Program-made: the position numbers and the translations under genes | In this document: positions 55,370 to 64,000 of the stretch, piece by piece | How positions within the stretch are numbered: position 1 is the first letter of the stretch | Layout: each line of letters opens with the position of its first letter | Assembly (NCBI RefSeq): GCF_009914755.1 | Contig: NC_060931.1 | Strand: one strand, 5' to 3' | Source of the DNA: the human T2T-CHM13v2.0 reference genome, Homo sapiens | DNA: 64,000 nt | Notes under the pieces: generated by a model | What the model saw: only the letters and a program-made list of their open reading frames with translations | Told to the model about the DNA's origin: nothing | Database searches by the model: none

Positions 55370-55590
55370 TCATCATGACTATTTATTGATGATCTGTGCT
55401 ATCCTGCACCCTGTGCTAAGCACTTTACATGTCTTCTCTTTCATCTCCAACAGGATAGATCTATTTTATCTTCAACTTGCAGATGAAGAAACAGAGGTTT
55501 AGAGAGATTTCATGGCTTGTTCAGCAGAGTCTAGATTAGAAACCAGGTTGTCCTAACTTCGAAGTCTGCATTATTTCTCCTATCATACAC
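55370..55590 (-). mobile_element. MIR
   Basis: tgtgctaagcactttacatg ... cagatgaagaaacagaggtttagagag. Confidence 0.7.
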
Positions 55591-55636
55591 TTTGGTCCCA
55601 AGTATTATTGACCCAAATATTAGGAATTGTGTAAAT

Positions 55637-55661
55637 ACACACACACACACACACACACACA
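55637..55661 (+). repeat. (AC)12 microsatellite, read as (UG)12 in AMPH pre-mRNA
   Basis: Directly visible. Confidence 0.95.
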
Positions 55662-56533
55662 TAAAATCCACACCTATTCTGAATCTCTAGTGTGCTAATG
55701 AATAAAATGACCAGTACCTGTGCAATATCTGGTTAAAATCTGAGACTGTGGGGCTCTCACCAATTTTATAACTTTTTTCGCTCCTGAAGAGAATAAACAA
55801 ATCAAGGAGCTGTGGCCATGCTCATCTGGACACTGAGTCGACACTGTTTACTGTACTTCAAAGCACCTTTAATATTAGGAAACAGCTCTGGGTGCTAATG
55901 TTTCCTGGGGCAGGTGGGTCAGGAGGTTTCAAAGCTGTGACTATTTAGTGCCAGCAAAAACCAATCTTGACATCGATCTAAACGTGCTTCAGAAGAGGTG
56001 GTTCCAGGAGAAACTGTCAGCTTAAACTCCCTGAGTTATCTGTGGTATTTAAGTCCAGGTAATAAAAGGCTCTCTGATATTTGGATCACATTTTGTACTG
56101 AAATCACCTGAAAGGGTATTTGGGGAGATTTTGACAGTTAAATAATGAAAGTTTGCAAACGAGAAAGCACTATGTTATAACCTAAGATATTCACAGGGGG
56201 CTGGGAAATGCAAAGGTAAGTCCTCTGAACTTAATTCTTTGAAGAAAATATTTAATTAGCAAATGTCTTACATAATGGAAAAAACCTTCAAATAGTACAA
56301 GAAGGTGGTGCAAGAATGGCCCTGATTTGATATACTGAAACATCATACCATGTGTATGCCAATGTCTTCAGTCCATTCCAAAAGAAAACTGTCATAATAA
56401 TTGTGCTGCCAACGGTGCTCATTCTCTAACCCTAACCTACAGTATTTACTCTAATATTAATCTCCTCTATAATCGTGGGTGATCAGCTAGGCTCCACAGC
56501 TTCAAAATGCTGAACTTTAAACAGCTTATTAAT

Positions 56534-56876
<343 letters not shown>

Positions 56877-58668
56877 TTATTAATTACTATTAATTAAGAT
56901 GGAAGATGGGATAATATCTTCCATCTTATCCCAAATAGTATTTTTCTCCCAACTTTAGTTCTGCATCGCTCTCTCAATAAGCCATACATAGTGGGGATCC
57001 ATATCATCTTGAATCTTCTCCATTAAATCTTGGTTTCCTAGATATAAGAAAGCTTCAGAACACCAGGCATATGTGTAATCACCATACTGCTTTTCCTTTC
57101 TTGGTGAACTGATCTGGGAAAACAAAGGGCACTAAAATTTACTAAATGTCTACTGTATGTGCCAGACATGTTAATGGCACCACATCAAAATGAGCCTGTC
57201 AAGATGTAAAACTCCTTTTTTAAAATTTTTGCCAATATGCACTACTCACATCCCTGCCTCTGTTCTGAACCTAACCAACTCTCCAATTATGGGGCACCAT
57301 ATTGAATTAAGAGTTATGTGTATTTATTAGAAAAAAAAAGATAATCGGGGGGAAAAAACAGATATTTTCAGAAAACCTATTAGAACTGGCTTTGATTCTA
57401 AATGTTATTATTACTTCCAAACTATCATTATAAAGAAGACTTGTAATACTAACTTGAATATATATTTTACTAGGATTGAGGCCATAATTGTTAAAAATTA
57501 ATTGAATACTTAATGGGCATCTGAAGTTCAAACACCCTCCTCCACACCCTCTCCTGCCCCCAAACAACCACTGACTACTACACAGTCAAACAAATATAAT
57601 TAATTGAAATAATAATTTAACAAGAAATTATAAGAATAATTATGATTTTAATCATATAATTAAAACTCACAAAAGTAGGTGAGTCCATTCTTTAGAATAG
57701 AAAATACCATATTCCTATTGATCAAATTCCAATTTCAACTAATAAATTTAATTGATATTGAAGTCTGACTATCCAACATTAAAGTAGAAATAAGATAATC
57801 AGAGATTCAGACCATAAAAACTGCAAGTGTGAGCAGAACACTTCATAAAGAACAAGCAATATCCTTTTCTAGAATAAATGAATATGGTCAACACTCAACT
57901 CTTGGTGAGGTATAATTTTACTTCTAGATTGCATCTAATTCTCACACCATCACTTACCCATCTCTGAATCCCACCGAATTCCTCATTCCATCTCTCATTC
58001 CTACTTTTACCTTAATCCTCATCTCAGGGTTGATGTGACTGTAAAGCTTACATATTGGATAAGATTGCCTGTCTCATACACTAGTTGGTAATTTTTTTAA
58101 ATAGCAGAATGTTTAATGGCTTGGCTTCCAGACTGTGTCAACCTACCCCGAGCATCAAAACAGCTGCATCCAAACCATAATGGTCACATAAAATGTCATG
58201 TATTCTTGCCACTAGTTATTTCATCACAACAATTTTGTAGAATACTGTTTCTGCCCAACCTGAAGATGAGGTTTTATTAAAATTATATCTCTAAGAATAC
58301 AGGCTTTGCATTTGATTGCTGACACAGTATTTCATATTACGTAGCTCTCAATTATTAATTGAGTATGTGAAAGTTTAGTTTGGCGTAAACACACCAACCT
58401 GATACATCCTTAATCAATGCCAGTTTTATATGCCCAGAAAGGGCACCTGTGAACACAAAATTGCAAATGTTGGACCTCATCATAGGCAAGATTTTAGAGA
58501 TCACTTAAAACAATTCAGTGGGTGGAAATCACCAACAATCACAGAATGGATAAAAACAGTAAACTGTCTTAATGAGTTCTTGTTGCTCGAAATAAAATTT
58601 CAAGGGACACTATCACACAGGGCTTCAAAGAGTGCTTTATCTGAAATGACATTGATGGAGTGTTGAAG

Positions 58669-59410
58669 TGTTACTGGGGGGTCTTTGTTCTTCCAGCTCC
58701 CAAGATGAGGTGGGCCTTTTGTTCTCTGACCCGGGGTTCTTGGCCTCACAGATTCCAAGGAATGGAACCTTGAGCCATGCGGTGAGTGTTATAGCTCTAT
58801 TAGAAGCTGTGGATCACAGAAGAGAACCGTGGAACCCAGCGACTAGTGTTCAGCTTGATTAGGACGAACCCAGGCACTTAGCTGTGCAGGAACAATGGTG
58901 AGCCTTTAGCCCAATCAGGAGCAGCAACGGATGCCTCGCTGGATCAGGAGCACAGCCCACACCCTGCCAGATCTGGAGGGGTAGAAGTCAGCAGCAGGTC
59001 TGTGATGGCGGCATTCAGCAGTGGTGGATGGTGAGTGAAAGCTCAGCTTGAGCCAGAACAAACACAGACCAGAAGAGTGTGCAGTTGCAAGCTTTAATAG
59101 AGTGAAAACAGAGCTCCCATACAATGGGAGGGGACCCAAAGGGGGTTGCCCACTCCCGGCTCGAATGCCTGGGGTTTATATCCCAATCATTGTCCCTCCC
59201 CCTGTGCTCTCAGATGATAGATGATTTGACTATTTCTTTACCTCCTGCTCTTAGCCTAATTTGTATTTTAGTGAGCCCTCTTTACTACCTGATTGGTTGG
59301 GTGTGAGCTGAGTTACAAGCTCCGTGTTTAAAGGTGGGTGCGGTCACCTTCCCCAGCTAGGCTTAAGAATTCCTAGTCAGCCTAGGAAATCCAGCTAGTC
59401 CTGTCTCTCA
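58669..59410 (-). mobile_element. HERV-W (LTR17) solo LTR, full length, 4-bp TSD GAAG
   Basis: Minus strand starts TGAGAGACAGGACTAGCTGGATTTCCTAGGC (HERV-W U3 start) and has CCAAT, GATATAAA and ATTAAA; ends ...CAGTAACA; GAAG on both sides. Confidence 0.9.
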
Positions 59411-59893
59411 GAAGTTCCCTGGAAAACTAAGTGGGATAACTCAAAAGGTGGCTCTATTGAGGACAATGAACACAAGGCCATAGATGCATGTGAAAGACTA
59501 ATATAACTTTCATAAAATGTAAGAGTAAAAATGTCCCACCTCGAAGGTAAGATATAATTTTATATTATAAGCGATTTCAAAATGTTACTAAATTAATACA
59601 CTAATATTGTAAGTTGACATTCACCTATTTGCAGTATAGCCTTAAAAGTTCATTTATAAACAGGAGGGATATTTTGAGAGGGAATCTTCTCACCAGTTGT
59701 CTTATATTCAGGAGAATGCGGTAAATATCATTATCATAGGGCTAGGTTACCAGGTCTCCTCTGATTCCCATGGCAAGCTCTCCAGTTCCCTAAAGCTAAG
59801 GGAATTTTCAAATATAAATAAATTATGCCAAACTGTCTTTCTCAACCAAGAGAGAATAATTTAAGAATCTTGGAAGCCCAATGCCTCCTTTCT

Positions 59894-60211
<318 letters not shown>

Positions 60212-60491
60212 CCAAATGGCTCCTTTCTATAAACTCGGCTCTCATAAGTTAGAAAGGGTCCCAAAAGTGGAACGATTCTGCAAAGTTCCCCCAAACCTTA
60301 TCATCCCTCCACCACTAACAATAAACACATAACCAAACTGCTGACAAGCCTACAGCTGTCCTCAGCATGCCATCTTTACCACCTCCCTAATTCTGTTCAC
60401 TGCCCTGACACTTGTCCCAAGGAACCAACTATATCCCTTGAGGTCTGTGTAAAGCCATTCACATTTCTCTGATGTCTTTCGCTGCACATAT

Positions 60492-60967
60492 TGCTGAGAC
60501 CAGCTTGGTCGTGGAGACCCTAACCCAGCAGCGCTAGAGGAGTTAAAGACACACACACAGAAATATAGCATGTGGAATGGGAAATCAGGGGACTCACAGC
60601 CTTCAGAGCTTAGAGCCATGAACAGAGATTTACCCACATATTTATTTACAGTAAGCCAGTGATAAACATTGTTTCTATTATAGATTAACTAAAAGTATTC
60701 CTTATGGAAAACAAAGGGATGGGGCAAAACAAAGGGATAGGCTCTGGCTAGTTATCTGCAGCAGAAACATGTCCTTAAGGCACAGATCGCTCATGCTATT
60801 GTTTGTGATTCAGGAATGCCTTTAAGCGGTTTTCCACCCTGGGTAAACCCACAACCTTCAGCGTGGGCGTCATGGCCATCATGATCATGTCACAGTGCTG
60901 CAGAGATTTTGTTTATGGCCAGTTTTGGGGCCAGTTTATGGCCAGATTTGGGGGCCTATCCCAAGCA
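60492..60967 (-). mobile_element. MER9 (HERV-K9/HML-3) solo LTR
   Basis: Minus strand GGCCCCCAAATCTGGCCATAAACTGGCCCCAAAACTGGCCATAAACAAAATCTCTGCAGCACTG is the MER9 5' signature; ends GGTCTCAGCA. Confidence 0.88.
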
Positions 60968-61069
60968 AGGTATGATCATTCCCTCTTCACAGCTACCATG
61001 GCCCCTTCTGAGCCATGTTTGATCAGAAAAAGAAATGACCTTGGGTCCAGTGATCTCAGTTAAAATTCA

Positions 61070-61398
<329 letters not shown>

Positions 61399-62264
61399 TC
61401 ACCTGGTGATCCTGGGCCAGCTACTGAGACTCCCTGCATCTTGGTTCACTAATCAATAAAGAGGAAATAGCAATACCTGCTTCACAGCTGAATAAATAGG
61501 AGCATTGCTTTGAGAAGCCAAGGCCAACCTGCGGCATATTCTAGCCCCAACTGCTGTTAAAGCTGGGGCTCTGTTATTGTACTGACACACCTCCTCTTGT
61601 AACTTCTTCTGAACCTGCATTATCTCTCCAACTAAATTGCAAGTGATCCAATTGTAATTGAAATCCAATTAAAGTTATTCAAGTAGTAAAACAATGCAAG
61701 TACTTTGTTTCACTACTTCTCTCTATATCTTACAAAGCACTTGGCACATAGTAGAGGCATAATAAATATGTTGGCTACATGATACAAATGAAAGGCTTTT
61801 TATAGGCAAGAAACCATAAAGCATCTTAACAATAGGGTAAACATTTACTTATTTTTGTATCTGTAAAAGGATCTACTTCACTCTAGTGAAGCAGAAACTA
61901 TTCTTTCAGTGTAGAATCATTTCTACTAATTTTCTTTGGCAGTCTTCAAAAACAATAAGATAAAGAAAAAGAAAAGAAAAAAACAAAAGCTCAAGCAACT
62001 CCCAGTGTGCCCTACCAAATGTACGTTTCAAGGGAGCAAGCCCGGCTGAATTAACAGAGGTTACATCCAAAGGGTAACAAGCAGCGTTCCTGAGTGGCTC
62101 TTACATTAAGTCAAATGAAAATATTAAAGGACCTGTAATTTTCCCTTTATTGCTCTCAGTTCCATCACAGGAGCTAACTGCCTCTATAAAAATAACAAAT
62201 GTTAATTTGCTGCATTACTTGATAGCTTTGCTCTGCAAAGAAGAATGCCACATTCGGTCCTGCT

Positions 62265-62900
62265 TTGATTCACTTTCATTCCTTCATCAACAAACATGTA
62301 TGGGGCACCCACTGAAATGCTGCATCCTGTTCAGGGATCTGGGGATACAGTAGTACAGTAGTGAACACACAGTCAAAAATCCCCACTCAGAGCTTGCATT
62401 CAACTGGGTAGAGAAATAACAAGACAAGTAAGTAAAACACATAGTGCGTGAGATGATAGTAAGGCTCAGGGTATAAGAAGGAAGCTAGACGGGAGAGAAA
62501 AGGAACAGACAAAGCTGGCGGGAGGGTGGTGGGAAATGAGGTCAAAGAGGGAACAAGCAGCTAGGTGATGAGGGCCTGTAGGACATGGCGAGAGCGGTGG
62601 GTTTACCCGGACAACATGGAGAGCCAACCGGGGCTTTGAGAGGAGGCCTGACAAGCTCTTGGCGTTAGCATGCTGGTGGTCGTGTGGAGTAAGGGTGCAG
62701 GGGGTCACGGGAAGAAGCAGGAAGCGAAGCTGGGAGACCAGTTCCATAATCAGGTAAGAGATGATGGTGCCCTGGGTCAGAGTGGTGAGGAGCGATCGAA
62801 TTCCAGGTATGTCCTGAAAGTAGAGCTGCCATGATTTATTGATGTTATGGATGTGGGGCAAGAAAGAAAGGAGTTTAGAGTGACAAGGTTTCTGCGAGGT
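62265..62900 (-). mobile_element. L2 3' fragment with RT C-terminal remnant
   Basis: Minus ORF contains KSWQLYFQDIPGIRSLLTTLTQGTIISYL, resembling L2 ORF2 (KSCRFYLRNISRIRPFL...LVQALIISRL). L2 tail ttcattccttcatcaacaaac. Confidence 0.75.
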
Positions 62901-64000
62901 CCATATTACAAGATACATGAATGATCCCAGTGAATTCCAAGTTCCTTCCAAGTAACTTCTACTGATGTCCCGAAGACACTTTCCTAAAACACCCTTTCCT
63001 CCTAACCCTAGATACCAGCTGTTTGGAGGACAGCAACCTACACTGACTGCTTCCCTACCTGGTATCAGACATTGTGCAAGGTGCTTTGATTCCATGTGAT
63101 CTACTAACAACCTGTGAGGTCTTGGTTATTGTCCTGTTTTATGGTTAAGAGACCTGAGACTCAGTAGATGTAGGTGATCTGCCAAGGCTTCATCTGGGGA
63201 AGAAGGGGTACGTATGAATGGGGTGGCATCTCTTCCACTCCAATGGTTTGCTTTCAAGAGGGAAAGCCAAGCCAGTATTACCACATTTTCATATTTTTCT
63301 AGAGAAATATGAAATCGAGACTACTATGTGGATTCTCCTGATATTTACATGTATAGTTTAAAAAAAAACTATGGGCCAAACAAACAAATCTGCATCCCAA
63401 ATTTCCCCTAAAGGAAGCAAGATAAAGACATCAGTGCTGCTTATTCTAAATTATTTCTAAATTTTTAAGCAATATTTTTTTCAAATGATGATCTTAGGTG
63501 ATGCAAAGGCAATTAAACCCTTTAAAGAAATCTAAGGCAGAGATTAGATGGAAGTAAAAAAACAAGGGGGGGAAAGAATTTTAAGACGGATGCTTAGGCC
63601 ACTGTTGTGGTGTACATTACATGTGAAATGTACCAGAAAGAACACAAACAGCCTTTGCCCTCCATGAGAGAAACTTGCTAGAGGAAAACAGGGACAGGAG
63701 TCTGCTAATGGCCAGGGCTCTGAGCTCCATGACCAGGGAGGGACAGAGGGGAGTTGTGCCCTGGTTGCCCTGGTGATACACAACGACGCTGCCCCGCCCC
63801 TGCTTTGGGGACACAAGCAAACTGCTCCCCAGGGCTTCACTCCTGTGTGTCTTCCCTTCCTCTCCTCCACATATCACAGCTCCCCCTTTCCCTCAGCAGG
63901 AGGCAGATTAGGGGCCCAGGTACATGGGGTAGTGCTGTACAGGTGGGAGGTGCTGGGAAGACAAAGGTCATGCTGAAATTAGGCTGTATGAAAAAGATAT

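Noticed and set aside
62466-63110. 214-aa minus-strand ORF
   Set aside because: Mostly a decayed L2 ORF2 remnant plus MIR-like sequence; no evidence of a host gene.

Overview
Primate genomic DNA (AluY/AluS/AluJ, L1PA, THE1 and HERV LTRs; most likely human) lying entirely inside the amphiphysin gene AMPH, transcribed from the minus strand. The only coding sequence I can support is AMPH exon 2 (3554-3634, 81 nt, [27 protein letters not shown], start of the N-BAR domain). Bases 1-3553 are intron 2 and 3635-64000 are part of the very long intron 1; exon 1 lies beyond the right edge. The intron is a mosaic of about 14 Alus, L1/L2/L3/MIR fragments, DNA-transposon fossils (MER1A, Tigger3, MER5, Charlie types) and solo LTRs (MER4, LTR27-like, THE1, MLT1, LTR33-like, HERV-W LTR17, MER9). 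I see no new protein-coding system. The best leads are regulatory and all untested: (1) a candidate TDP-43-type poison cryptic exon next to (UG)12 at 55.7 kb; (2) a candidate cryptic exon behind a ~280-nt AG-free polypyrimidine/UCAU zone at 46.2 kb; (3) an intact HERV-W LTR in the same orientation as AMPH; (4) a 305-aa open L1 ORF2 C-terminus whose ATG appears to come from CpG decay in the target-site duplication; (5) a ~680-bp self-complementary AT-rich tract. Repeat names and most repeat boundaries are from recalled consensus sequences and are approximate.
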